Of a stretch of 64,000 nucleotides of DNA, positions 49,166 through 62,148 are shown one piece after another. Both the position numbers and the translations under genes were made by a program. The stretch is from Octopus bimaculoides. Taxonomy: Eukaryota. The stretch spans positions 2,008,966-2,072,965 of the forward strand of contig NC_068990.1 of assembly GCF_001194135.2 (NCBI RefSeq), written 5' to 3'. The stretch's first letter is position 1; each line of letters starts with the position of its first letter. A model generated the notes under the pieces. It did not search any database and was not told the DNA's origin. It worked only from the letters and a program-made list of their open reading frames with translations.

Positions 49166-51215
49166 ACTTAACTACTCGTGACCCGTTGCGTCGCCTGCAA
49201 AGTCTGAGAGTTTTGTTTCGTGGTTTTCTTTTCCTTTCCAGCCTATTTCACATTCTTTCCATGAATGTGACATCGAAATCACGCGTAAAGGGTTCCTTTC
49301 CACAGAAAAGCAAATATATAGCTGCTATTTCTTACACGTCCTCCCACCATGTCACAGGTATTTCGGGTTCTTTATCGCAAATAGTTATTACGTGGTAGCA
49401 GGGCGTGCTAGAGAAAGCAGCCAAATCTATGGAGCTGAGGCACGTTGAATGCATGGAAAAATGTGAATAATAGAAATCACGTCTGGTAAATTACAGAACA
49501 AGAAAATTCTTACTTAAAATATTGCAGCTAAGGATAAAATTTCAAATAAAACATTTAGATTTAGAAAATATTAGCCTTTATTAAAAACTAAAAATTTTAT
49601 TACAAGTTATTATTTCTATTTGTTATTACTTGTTACTCCTATTCAAATCTAAAAATAACTCAATTGAAATATGTTTTGCACTATAAAATTTTATTTTTTT
49701 TAAGTATTAATTAAGAAGTAGAAATTTGAAAATAGGTTGTAAAACATAATAGTAGTACTAATTAGTATAATAATTTGAATAATAAAGAAAAAAGTTATAT
49801 ATCAAAGTAAAATCTACCTTTTACAACAAATTCACTGTCAAATGTGCTTGAGTGATTGCTTAAGTTATTGCCAAGCCTTCACATTTTTAGACTTGACCTA
49901 GTGCCTACTTTTACATAATGAATTTACCTACCATACATTGTATTCTACTTTGCATAAAACGTTAGCTATATTGGTACTTTTGGCTGTCATTTTTTAAGTA
50001 TTTTAGTGTGTCGATATTTTAACATAATGATGACACCTTTTTAATTATAATGTTACTTTATAAATTAAAATCAAATAATTTTGAATATTCAAATTTTATC
50101 CTTAGCTGCAATATTTTAAGTAAAAATCTTCTTTTTCTGTACTTTACCAGACGTGATAACTTGTTCTAAACCTTTCTAAGTGTAATAAATTGTCCTGTAC
50201 TTTGCCAGATTCATGATATTAAAAATATTATTTCTCTTGCGCGCATTTTCCCATGTAATCCATGTTTTTTTCCCGGCTGTGCTATCATGCTAACTAATAA
50301 TGCGTTAATTAATAATTTGAGATTTTATCTTAGTGAAAATTACCTCAATGAAGCCGGTGACATATTAAAAGTCCCTTATAGAACTATATTCATAAAGTAT
50401 AGAACTATATTATCACCCTTAAATTTGAGATACAAGCACTCATAACTTTTTACTTTTAAAACTTCTGTCTCGTCTCAGATATTACGGAACTGTGTTTACT
50501 TGGTATAATTGCATTAATTAATACAGATGACATAGTTAAACTAATTATAAATTAGCGTCGTCGCTGATAATTTTTCCTTACCTCAATGATGCCGGTGACA
50601 TTTATTAAAAGTCTACTAATAGAACTATATTCATAAAAAAGTATAGAACTATATTATCACCCTCAACTTTGAGAAAAACGCTCATAACATTTTTCTTTTA
50701 ACACTTCATTGCATGAGATTGATACCATGAAATGCCTCGAATTGAGTTCTATCATTTAAACTTAATTAAAATAGTTTGTCGTTAAAACAAAAAAAAAAGT
50801 ATTTATGCTTAAATCTAAATTTTTGCCATATACTTTTTTCATGATATTTTACCTCACAACCTTTTCGATACACATTTTTGTGGCATGAGAACAAAACTAT
50901 GAAATTCTTCATGCTTTCTGCTATCGACGAAGCTAAGATAAATATATTTTGCTTTTAAAATAAAAAAGTTATTTAGATCTAAACTTCATTGAAGACGTTA
51001 CTCTACTATAACGTTGCTCCATATTTTTTCTACTGGGCCAAATCTCAATTTTCGTATGCCCAAATGTAGCTAGGGACCGGTCCTTTTCCAAAATGTTAAC
51101 AGTTTTCAATTTGGTTATGAACTGAATTAGCAACAAAGCTCTGAAGTTGCTGCGTCTGAGTAAATTGCGGCCCGAATATTATTCAACTCCTACCGTAGTT
51201 GAATGATATGTATAT
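49166..51215 (+). mobile_element. Putative non-autonomous Helitron/Helentron (HINE-like) element
   Basis: Sits between (TA)n tracts. 5' end ACTACTCGTGACCCGTTGCGTCGCC resembles Helitron-type non-autonomous 5' ends. Internal 130-bp direct repeat (50340-50465 / 50578-50707). 3' hairpin ATTCAACT-8nt-AGTTGAAT (51181-51204) just before the end. No TIR or TSD. Confidence 0.4.
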
Positions 51216-51722
51216 CTATATCTATCTATCTATATATATATATACATATGCATAAACATTTTTATAATTTACTGGTTTCACTCAAAGGCTGAGGTCATGC
51301 TGGAGCATTGCCCTCCAATGTATTTGGGTTTCTTATCGGTATTGTTTGCGGTGTAGTAGCATTTCTGATAAAAATTTCTTCCAATGCTCTTTGAAGACCT
51401 CCACATTTGTACAAGCAATTGTTGTAAGTATATAAAATTGTTATATGTCAAACTTAATCGTTATATGTGTAAATAAATTGTTATATGTACAAGTAAATTG
51501 TCTGCATCAATTGTTGAGAAATTGAAATATGATAAAAAAGAAATTATTTGTATATCTAATTACTTTAAATTTAACAGTTATCGTCACCAGGTGTTTGTTT
51601 TTAATATCTTATGTCTGCTTGTCGGATGAATAAGTGTCATATATTAATTAACTGATATCAGTCTGGCAAGATATAAATTGTAATGCGTGGCAAGTTATTG
51701 AAGTACCGGTGTGTAACATCTC

Positions 51723-51761
<39 letters not shown>

Positions 51762-51899
51762 TATGTGATTGTTTTGATGTGAAACTTGGAACTGTACCGA
51801 GTGTTGCTTTAGCTTTTTACTATATTTAATATCACAGAATTTCTATTTAATAATAGCATACAAACCGTAATTATCTCCGACATCTTTTATTTGTTTCAG

Positions 51900-51977
51900 A
51901 TTTACGAATTGTATAATGGTGGAGCAGTAACTGTCAAATATAAAGTTGACACTCATCCTCTGAAGTTACTTAACGCG
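51900..51977 (+). CDS. Candidate internal coding exon, 78 nt, phase 0-0: IYELYNGGAVTVKYKVDTHPLKLLNA; product unknown
   Basis: Acceptor CATCTTTTATTTGTTTCAG|, donor GCG|GTAAGT, length a multiple of 3, open in frame 0, non-repetitive context. Confidence 0.55.
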
Positions 51978-52730
51978 GTAAGTTGCATCTTTTCTAGCTA
52001 CACAATCAGAGATGCTTTGAAATCCTATTTGTGAAGACACGAAAGAAATGTCAACGGATAACTGAATTTTTGACTCCTAGGGCTCAAGAATTTATATATA
52101 TATATATATATATATAAGTTTAAAATAGGGGCAGCTGATGAAGGAAATGTTCTCTATGTGGCCTGTCTGTTTTCCGGTGTGTTCCTACCGTTGTCCGAAA
52201 AAAGTTTGTTTTCCGTGCTTTGTTTATGTTTTATTTTTCATTTTGTCCACGTTTTTTTATATCGTCTAGTGGTGGTGGTCATCATCGTCACCATTAGAAA
52301 TGTCAACATTACCTTTTATTCTACCGGACTTTAAGGAACTAAGTATCAGCAATGTACGTGGGTCAACCAGATATGTTAATTTGCTACCATTTCTTGGTCA
52401 TCTAATGCATTGAGCTATCAGAATCGTTAGCGTGTCGGACAAAATGCTTTGCGAAATTTCTTCCTATTGAGTCCGGAGTTTAAGTTCCGCTGGGGTCGAC
52501 TTTGCCTTTCATTCTTTTGGTGTCGATAGCAGAAGTACCAGTTGATCTCTGTACTTCTGCCAAAATTTGGAGCCATTTCTTGGTCGTCTGCCAAAATATC
52601 ACCTGTGTTTTCTAAACTACATTTAAGATCTCAAAGAAAGAGTGAAATCTGTGTAACGTAAAGGGCGATAAAAATAAAGCTAGCTAGCTAGTTAGGTAGG
52701 TAGGTAGATAGATAAATAGATGGAAAGAAA

Positions 52731-52803
<73 letters not shown>

Positions 52804-54983
52804 GTAAGAAGAGAAAATAGAGAGGTGGAACATTGAGAGGGAGAAAAGAAAGAATAGGAAGTTAGATTTATATTAGTCAAAGACTATGTTTTATTTTGTC
52901 GTTTTGCAGACAACCTAAAATAAGATATTGATTCTTGTTTGTAGTCCTAAAGAAAAGCATTCTTTATTTTGCCTCTTCTCAAAATTAATGGAACATTCTA
53001 CCATTACCAGATAAATTCCTTATTTATTTTGAGTGAAATCTGTAAAGTTTACAAACGCTGTTGCTAAGTGGATGGTGGGGGAGGGGGCAGTGACTTATAT
53101 TCACTGCTTCCAAACATCTTAATTCACTCATCTCTCCCTCAAAATTTGAAATCTTGTGCTTATAAAACACATTTTATCTAATGGTAAGAAATAGGAAAAA
53201 CGGAAGCGAACGTTGAGTTCAGTATTAAAAAACATTTATAACCGTTGTATTGTTATAATTCATTACATTTAGAGTTCAAACTTCAAGAATGCATGCCCGT
53301 TTTTAATTCTACGAAGAGATATCAATCGACGACGGGTATCTATTCATTTGTTTCTATATTTCATGTACGACTTTAGGATGTTGTGCCACTTTGAATAAGT
53401 GTTTTTCACACATGATCAAATTTATGTGCGCTGTATCCTTCCGTAGCCTCAGAGTTACATTTTGCCTCTTCCTCTCAGAGAGGAAAGAGATTTTGTAAAT
53501 GGCTCACGATATTCTTCTAGTGTGCAATGCAGCGCTTCTGAGAAAGGGGAAACAAGAGATAGCAAGGTCTGCTCCAGTGTTTGACTAAACACTTTGCTTC
53601 CAGAAAGATGAGAGCAAATGTTTTCCTAAGGGACATTTAGATTTACAATACAAAGAGCCAAAACAAATTCTGTTAGGTATTTATCCAACACTCTAAAGAC
53701 TCTGCTCTTCGGCTGTTTTGTTATTTCAACATAATGTCGAATTAATAAAGGCATGCAATGGATGTTCGTGACCTAGAAAAATGTGTCACGTGAGCAAATG
53801 GAAGAGACTTCATTTCCTCGCTAGATCTTGTAAAAGTAGCAGCCAAATCTCTCTCAAATCACTAGTTACCATCTTTAAAGTAAGAAATACATGTTGAATA
53901 ATACAATGTCTGAACAGTGTGGGTGATCCACTTTCTGGAGAGGACTTTGGGTCATTGTTAATATCTATTTGAGATCAGGTTTCAAACGAACTTACCAACA
54001 GCAGATACAACAGCAACAACATGTAAAACAGAAATTCCTACTTCATTTCAACAACTTAAACTGTTTACGCTACATACTTAAAGAACGTTGTATTTCGCAT
54101 CATCAGCTAACTCTGTCTCAGACGTTCTTATGTTATGGACATGAGGACGTGTTCTACGGTCACGAAACGTAAATGTGAAACTGAAGTAAACTCCAATTAA
54201 ATTTATGAGTATTACTTCCTGTAGTGTGTTCACACACTTCACATATGCGTATATACGTATGTATGCATGTATGTATGTATGTGTATATGTTTCTATCAAT
54301 CAATCTATCTATCTATCCAGCTATATATATGCGAAATACCTATATTATGGAAAAGTGAGGGTAAACCAAATGAGCTGAAATCAATTTAAACACAGCGAAT
54401 TCCTAATGGCAGTCAAATAAGAATGTAAGCATATTCTTTCTCTGAGATTGATATCCGTAAAATAGTTCGTCAGAAGATTCCTTTCCTCTTTATTCTGCAG
54501 ATCAGTCCCGTAGAAAGTATATCTTTACGTTCTTTTATAAAACTTTGAGTAATTTTATAAATCATCCTTTCGAAGTAAAATTATAGATATTTGGTTCGAT
54601 ATTTCACGAACAAATGATGAGAATAGCATGAACTCGTTGAAATCCATTAATGATCTTTGACCCAATGACCTTTGACCCAATAACCTTTGACCCAATGTGC
54701 TTTGAAATGATTTAACAAAAATCACCAGGAGAGCAGTTTTCATGTGCTCTATATAACTGTTTCTAAAATAGCCACAAAACCATAATTGCGTAAGGAGCAG
54801 TTAGTTTGTTACAGTACCTGACGTGTATTGTGTTTTATTGACCAGAGAAGGACGAAATACAAAGCTGACATTAGTGGTGTTTGAAATCAGAAGAGGAAGG
54901 ACAACAGCGAAATACGGAAAGAGATTTCGTCCGATGGAGTAGTAATTCTGCCTTATTTACTATATCACTATTTGATGTAGAAA

Positions 54984-55425
54984 GAGGCGAGCTGGCATGA
55001 ATGTTTGCACGCCGGGCCCAATGCCTAGGGTACTTCGTCCGTCTATATGTTCTGACTTCAAATTCCTCCGAGTTCAACTTTGGTTTTGTTCTTTCGTGGT
55101 CGATCAGATAAGTACCACTTGAATACTACGGTCGATGTAATTGACTAACCCATCCACCGAAATTACTTATCTTGTGTCAAGATTTGAAATCGATATTTGG
55201 TGCATGAAAGGGTGATGAGCTGGCATAATTGTTATCATGCCGGGTAAAATGCTTAGCGGTATTTCGTTGGACTTTACGTTCAAAGTTCAAATTCCGTCCA
55301 TGTCATCTTTGCCTTTCATCATTTCAGGGTCGAAAAAATGAGCACCAGTCGGTCACTGGCGGTCGTTGTAACCGAGTGACTCTCCCGCCCCGTGAAATTA
55401 CTAACCTTGCGCTAAACATTGACAA
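54984..55425 (+). mobile_element. Two tandem SINE family A copies
   Basis: Starts at about 54984 and 55211. Confidence 0.78.
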
Positions 55426-55726
55426 TGTTTGATATATATGCGAAGCATTTACACGCAAACACACTCACAATTCGATCGACCCCCGTAACTTGACTAGTGT
55501 CTTAATTTATCGACACTGGAAAGATGACTGCAAAGTTGTTCTCAGGAAATCGAATGAGACTAATTACCACATAACATTTTCCGTAGCAGATATTAATTAT
55601 AGAGAAATAGTTCTTTCAATTATACTTTTTCTGTCTTTAATTTATCATAATTTTTTTTACATACACTGTATGCAAATTACTTTCGATAAATAATATGCCT
55701 AGCAGAAATTACGTACGTTTTCGATA

Positions 55727-55780
<54 letters not shown>

Positions 55781-55964
55781 GTATGCATGTATGGATATAT
55801 GCATATATATATATATATANNNNNNNNNNNNNNNNNNNNNNNNNNNNNNNNNNNNNNNNNNNNNNNNNNNNNNNNNNNNNNNNNNNNNNNNNNNNNNNNN
55901 NNNNNNNNNNNNNNNNNNNNNNNNNNNNNNNNNNNNNNNNNNNNNNNNNNNNNNNNNNNNNNNN

Positions 55965-55998
<34 letters not shown>

Positions 55999-56219
55999 CT
56001 TATATAGTTAGATATGCTTACATATTTCCGGTTTACATCTATGATTGAAGACATATCGGAGTTAGAATTATGTTTTTGTTAAATAAAACTCGCATAGAAT
56101 CTTGCCTTTCCCATGGACAACACACACACACGCACACGCACACACACACACACACAAACACACGCACACACACTCACACACAGAAACACACACACACACA
56201 GAAACACAAACACATACAG

Positions 56220-56250
<31 letters not shown>

Positions 56251-57485
56251 TTCATACACCGATACATCATTCACTTGCAGAACACACGCAGCCATAGCGG
56301 CAAAAGACACAAATGCGTTTATCCAGTGCCTTTGAAAAAAGAAAAAAAAAAGAATATGAGCACGTCGATAAATCATGGAGGATTCCTTATCAAATTGTAT
56401 TACAATTATACTGATGTCAGTATTTCGTAAATCTACCTTTTGTAACAGTAAATCATGTACAATATAGGATATTACTCTCGACAATGTATGCAGCACCATA
56501 GATTCGATTTCATGTCAGAATATTCCATATATTTCCCGTAGATACTAATTTGAAGATATTTTACGCGTATCATCTTTTCTATTCGTTATATTTTGTCGTG
56601 CAGTTCATTTGCTGTTATCGGTATCATATTACCATGCAGTGATACAACCCAGAGTAGCCACGATCTGCTTTCTAGAGCAAGTGATGTTATCCTTTCTAGC
56701 ATATTCAGAATCTGAGAGAAAGCGGTTGAGCTCATGGTCCAGAAATGTCAAGGATGCTATCTATTCCTCCATATATATATACATTGTATAAAGGATCAGG
56801 GGTAAGGCCAGAACAATGCGAGGTAAATGCAAGGCAAATCACAAGAAAACAAATATATTAATGTTTTCTTGCTATTTGCCTTGCATTTACTTCGCATTGT
56901 TCTGGCCTTACCTACGACCCTTTATACAATATATTCTACACAATGCTTCATAGTAATTATTCCACATGTGTGTGTGTGTGTGTGTGTGTGTATTTTCAAC
57001 CACTCTATTTACTATTCTCCCTACCACATCTTCAGTACATAACGAAGTCAACAACGACAAGATCAAGTAGCGACACCACTATACATCAATCCTGTTATTT
57101 AGTTTCAAGGTTAGCCCCGACAAAACAAATCGGAATTCCAGGCATGACATCCCATCTTATATTCAAAGACTGCATCCAACAATGCATTTTTTAATGCATC
57201 CTTCTCTTTTAAGGTGTTAAAGTGTTTCCCGTGCAACTTGGCTGCTGTTTTAGCATTTCAAGTGGCCACGTAGATAAACTGAGCATATTGTTGTTCTTTT
57301 ATTGTATTGTTGTTATTAGTGTTGTTGTTTATCACTTGACCGGACAATCAAAGGCATTTGAGCTATGACCTTTTTTTTTGTATATCATGAACTATATTGT
57401 CTGAAATATTTAAGATTATACCATGTAATTTGAAGAAGGATTGACTGCTATTTCTAACATGTGGAACTACTATACAGAAGATGTG

Positions 57486-57715
57486 GAGGAGTGTGGCTTA
57501 GTGGTCAGGGTGTTGGACTCATGATCGTAAGATTGTGGTTTCGATTCCTGGACCGGGCGACGCGTTGTGTTCTTGAGCAAAACACTTCATTTCACATCAC
57601 TCCAGTCCACTCAGTTGGCAAAGATGAGGAATCCTGCGATGGACCTGTGTCCCGTCTAGGTGGGGAATTTATACGTCATGGAAATTGGGAAACTGGCTCT
57701 TATGAGTCGGCAAAA
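57486..57715 (+). mobile_element. SINE family C
   Basis: GTGGCTTAGTGGTCAGGG box A, GGTTTCGATTCCTGG box B, GTGTTCTTGAGCAAAACACTTC body. Confidence 0.8.
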
Positions 57716-57849
57716 CTCGATTAGGTTGCCTTCACCTTCACCAAACAGAAAGATTATCTCGTGATAGACGTGCTTGGGCATTGTTCAAATAGTTCTGTGA
57801 TCAAATCTATTATAATCATGATAATCCTGTTCATTCACGGGTATATGTA

Positions 57850-58950
57850 GGACTGAGTAATTTAGCATCCTTCCCTTTCTGTAAGATACCACTGAGATGT
57901 GGTCTTAGTGAACTTTGGCTGAGTTGAATTATTTATCAGTTCCCTCATGCATTCACTAACTTTGATGCTTATATTCGTGAGCTGTATCTTCGTACTGCAC
58001 TTATTTTCTTCTGAAAGTGGAGGATTTACCTTTAAGATTCCAGAGATTTTGTTACCAACAGTAACGTAAACTAGCCTCCTTTCGGGCTAATGCATTTCTT
58101 GCTTTCATATTAAGAGCGATAATTAAGGATGTATCAGTTGTTTAAGAGACATTGTACAGTACCTAGAGGGATATAAAGACTTCCAAGTTTTGACATGTTA
58201 CACAGATTTACGGATGAGTTAGTTTTACAAATTAACGTTATGGAGTTTATCCAACTAATGCTATTTGTGCGCTGATATTTCAGAGTTATTCAGCTGCATC
58301 TGCCATCTTGCTCTTGTTGATAAGATGTTTATTAATCCGCATATTCCCAGAGCTGTCCTTAGGCAATCTTTTATTAGTTTTACCGAATGCATGATCGAAC
58401 ACACTAGATCTCATAATATCTGACTAACTCTCATGGAGTCCTCACCTTACATGTGATATTGCCAAAACTATAAGGGTCAGAGAATGCTCCAAACTTAGCT
58501 GTGGGCCAACAACAAAGCATTGGAATATTGCTCACATATCTAGTATGTATCTTGTATGATACGTGTAATGCTAACACACATGTTTTAGATTATTTTCCCA
58601 CTCCAAAGAAAACCATCGCACTTAGTGTACAAGATTAATTTATCAACACACTAACTTTATGTTTTACAGATATATCTCTTCTCTCAACTCTTCTACCAAT
58701 TATTTAGCCTCTGCTTTATTGAACAAAGGTGTATACCACCTCGACCAAAACTTGCTGCACCTCTTTCTCGGTTTGTTGTCGTTTCTGCTGCCTACCAACT
58801 ACAGATACTGCTCAAATAATCTAACAAATCTATCCTATATTTTGGACTGTAAATTACTTCACTACCAATGTTTTCCTGTAGATGTCAACGTACAATATCT
58901 TAAACCGAACAGTAAACACATGGCTCATACGTGTTTAAGGAGAGATGGAC
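57850..58950 (-). mobile_element. Old, heavily decayed LINE (RTE-like endonuclease to start of RT)
   Basis: A-rich minus strand with weak echoes of RTE motifs: VVGPQ (~AYAPQ), NKHLINKS (~HLITYKSG), WxQNLWNLK, YRKG(K)DA. Many stops. Confidence 0.35.
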
Positions 58951-60048
58951 TACAGTGTCATTAGAGAGTGTTAAAAATATTTAGAACTATTTGTTCCAGC
59001 TCTGTTTGCTTAAATTTCAAATCTTACCGAAGTAAACTACACATTTGAACCTTTCGGTGGATCAATAGATTAAGGTTCTGATCAAGGATGGCAAAATGGT
59101 AGAATTATTAGTGTTGAATAAAATACCTCCCATATTTATTCCAGCACTTTAGTTGAACGTATCAACGCCAGAATTTCTTTTTTGCTTTTACTTATTGCAG
59201 TTATTAGACTGCGGCCATGCTGGGGTACCAACTTGAAGCATTTTGAGTCGATAGTTCTTGGGTTTGAATCCTTTTAACACTCATCAGTCATTGGATGCGT
59301 AAACAGTGTGGAATCTGTTACAAACACTGGAGTCAGGTCTTCATTTGTGAAAAATCTCCTTCCTTTTATCCATCAGTTTCAGAGATCCTGAAATAAAGGG
59401 CCTCGATGAATGCTGTTCCATTCCTGACTAAACGGTAAAAAAGTAAAATGAATAAATAAATAAAAAAGTCAGTGATGATTTTACTGCTCTAAACTAATTA
59501 ATAAAATGATACTTTGGAATCAAATTGTTTATGTCGTTATGTCCTTATATGAGAAACAATTGTCTCCGTGTATCAATTTTACACTCAAAATTTTACTACT
59601 CAAAAACTTAGCAGGTGATAACTAAACTTACTTTTTAACTTACAAAGTCTGAATGTAGTCTTAAAAGCTTTGAGAAATAAGAGATTTTCATGTATCAATA
59701 ACCTGGATTAAATTGAAAGCGCTTGTGAGGAGTGCAGAATACAATACAATAAAGCTGCAAATAATAATAGACTTGAACACAAGATTCAGACATTTTCTGA
59801 ATATATCGGCTCAAATACTCTACTAGTCTATAATATATCGAGTAAAGTTTAACGGAAGAGAAAGACGATAAAAAGGCGAGACTTGAAATAAGATCATGGC
59901 ATGGTATGTTGACCGTCACCATACATTTTTATCTAATCTTTCACATTTAGATCAGCGAATAATAAAAAAATACTTTTTATAATTATGAACTCTAATATTT
60001 TGGGATTTATACATCATCCACACACACATACACACATACACACATTTA

Positions 60049-60282
60049 GGCGGCGAGCTGGCAGAAACGTTAGCACACCGGGCGAAATGCTTAGCCGTAT
60101 TTCGTCTGCCGCTACGTTCTGAGTTCAAATTCCGCCGAGGTCGACTTTGCCTTTCATCCTTTCGGGGTCGATTAAATAAGTACCAGTTACGCATTGGGGT
60201 CGATATAATCGACTTAATCCGTGTTTGTCTGTCCTTGTTTGTCCCCTCTGTGTGTAGCCCCTTGCGGGTAGTAAAGAAATAA
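60049..60282 (+). mobile_element. SINE family A, best-preserved full-length copy
   Basis: GGCGGCGAGCTGGCAGAAACGTTAGC...GAGTTCAAATTCCGCCGAGGTCGACTTTGCCTTTCATCCTTTCGGGGTCGAT...GTAAAGAAATAA. Confidence 0.92.
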
Positions 60283-60996
60283 CACATACACACACACACA
60301 TACACACATACAAATTACATACACACATAAGAACAACCTCACGATTTCTTTCTTACTCATTCCGCTTAATAACAAGAACCCAAGAATTTAGATTATTCTC
60401 TTCTCCACCATTTGAGGATCTCGAATGAATTTATGAACTCTTGCATTAAACTATAAATACTGAGTCTATTCTTAATAACCGTTTCGTCATATTCAATATT
60501 TTCCATTTTTCTTTCCTTATAGCTAAACTATAATTATCCAATATTTGTCTGCAATAATCCCACGGGTGAGATCGAACCAGGTGGAACAGCAATTGTGGAA
60601 TGGATTTTCTCTCCACTGGAAAGTAAAACATATTCAGTAAGTGAACTTAAATATTTAAAATCAAAATGCCATTATTTGTCAACCGATAAAATGATTAAGT
60701 TGTTGTCCAAGGTTCAGATAAAATAAAGAAAAAGCCACAGCCTTTTGAGGCATAAATATGCATTTCATTAAAATATGCATGCACTAAAATGAAATGGAAA
60801 CGTTCGTAAACTGTCAAACCAACAATGGGGGGCTTGACGTTGATGTAGTACATAGGAAAAAAGTCACTCATGGAGATACAGTTCAATTACAGCTATTGAA
60901 TATTATCTGATATCACAATTTCGAGAAGTAGAATTAAATACTCGATCATAAGTCGCATATTTACAATACACTGCATTGTTCAAATCTATGCTTATC

Positions 60997-62148
60997 GGGA
61001 TCCTGACAAAAGCGCCCCCACGGACAAAAGCCCCCCACGGACAAAAGCCCCCCACGGACAAAAGCCCCCCACGGACAAAAGCCCCTCGGACAAAAGCTCC
61101 ACTGTTATATTTTTTGTTATTTATTTTTTCTTTTTACTTGTTGCAGTCATTAGACTGTGGCCATGCTGGGGCACCACCTTGAGGAATTTTTAGTATCGAC
61201 CGCAGAAATTTTTTTTAATGATTTCCAACCAGCGCATGAAGTTAAACCCAGAAGGTCTCTCTATATGCTAGAAATAACAGTCAAATCTCTTGAAAATCCT
61301 TTTTAGTTGATTTTCAACCAGCACAAGAAGTTAAGCCTAGAAGGTCTCTCCATATGCTAGAAATAACAGCCAAATCTTTGATATAATTTTTATAATTTCA
61401 CATAAACAAAAACGGAAATTGCTGTTATAAAAAAATGTTGTTCCAAAATCCCAATTTTCAAATAAACAAAATATATTCAATCGGAAATAATTAAGTAGAA
61501 TAGAATAACAGAACACAAGACACTTTACGACTCAATGTACATATTGTCTGAATTCTAACAAAAGGGAAAGCATTTACTTCAAGGAATGTGTAGAAACATA
61601 AAATCGATAAGAAGCACGTTCGAACGACTAGCTTTCGGCGCCATAATTCTGTTAGACCTTCAACGGCCGGAGAAAGTTCAAAAGGTCGGTTCATTCTCAT
61701 TACTCTGTAAGTGCTGAGGGAAGAAAACAAAATACTTAAATTTTAAAATGCTGATTTTTCTGCGACTAAAAATTCTTCAGGGCGGTACCCCAGCATTGCA
61801 CCCTTCTAATAACTACAACAAGTAAAAATCTAAAAAGAATTGGCGTCGATACATTCGACTAAAAATTCTTCGAGGTGGTGCTCCAGCATGGCCGCAGTCT
61901 ACTAACTGCAGCAACAAGTAAAAATATAAAAAATTCTTGTGTCGATTTGTTCAGCTAAAGCCGGTGCACCAGCATGGCCATAGTCTAATGACTGAAATAA
62001 GTAAAAGAATAAAAGAAAAACGAAACAAAAAAACCGAAAAATCTAACCGTGGGGCTTTTGTCCACTATCACATCTTAACTATGAGGCTTTTGTCCGAGGC
62101 ACATTTGTCCGTGGGGCTTTTGTCTTAGAGGACCTTTGTCCTACTCTC
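60997..62148. mobile_element. Non-autonomous MULE-like element with inverted subterminal arrays and nested SINE fragments
   Basis: Left end has about six copies of CGGACAAAAGCCCCCCA (17-mer, 61004-61098). Right end has inverted GGGGCTTTTGTCC copies (62047-62141). Flanks ATGCTTATC / ATTGCTATC look like a decayed 9-bp TSD. Confidence 0.55.

Noticed and set aside
52135-52205. CTGATGA...TCC-GAAA after (TA)n as a hammerhead
   Set aside because: The best stem II (AGGAA/TTCCT) leaves about 10 unpaired nt before GAAA, and no stem III or NUH site could be built.
58659-58964. 101-aa plus-strand ORF with LRR-like feel and a good acceptor at 58669
   Set aside because: Better explained as antisense of the decayed minus-strand LINE; no donor or regular LRR spacing.
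61004-61098. 17-bp repeat array as CRISPR
   Set aside because: Repeats are contiguous with no unique spacers, no cas genes, eukaryotic context.
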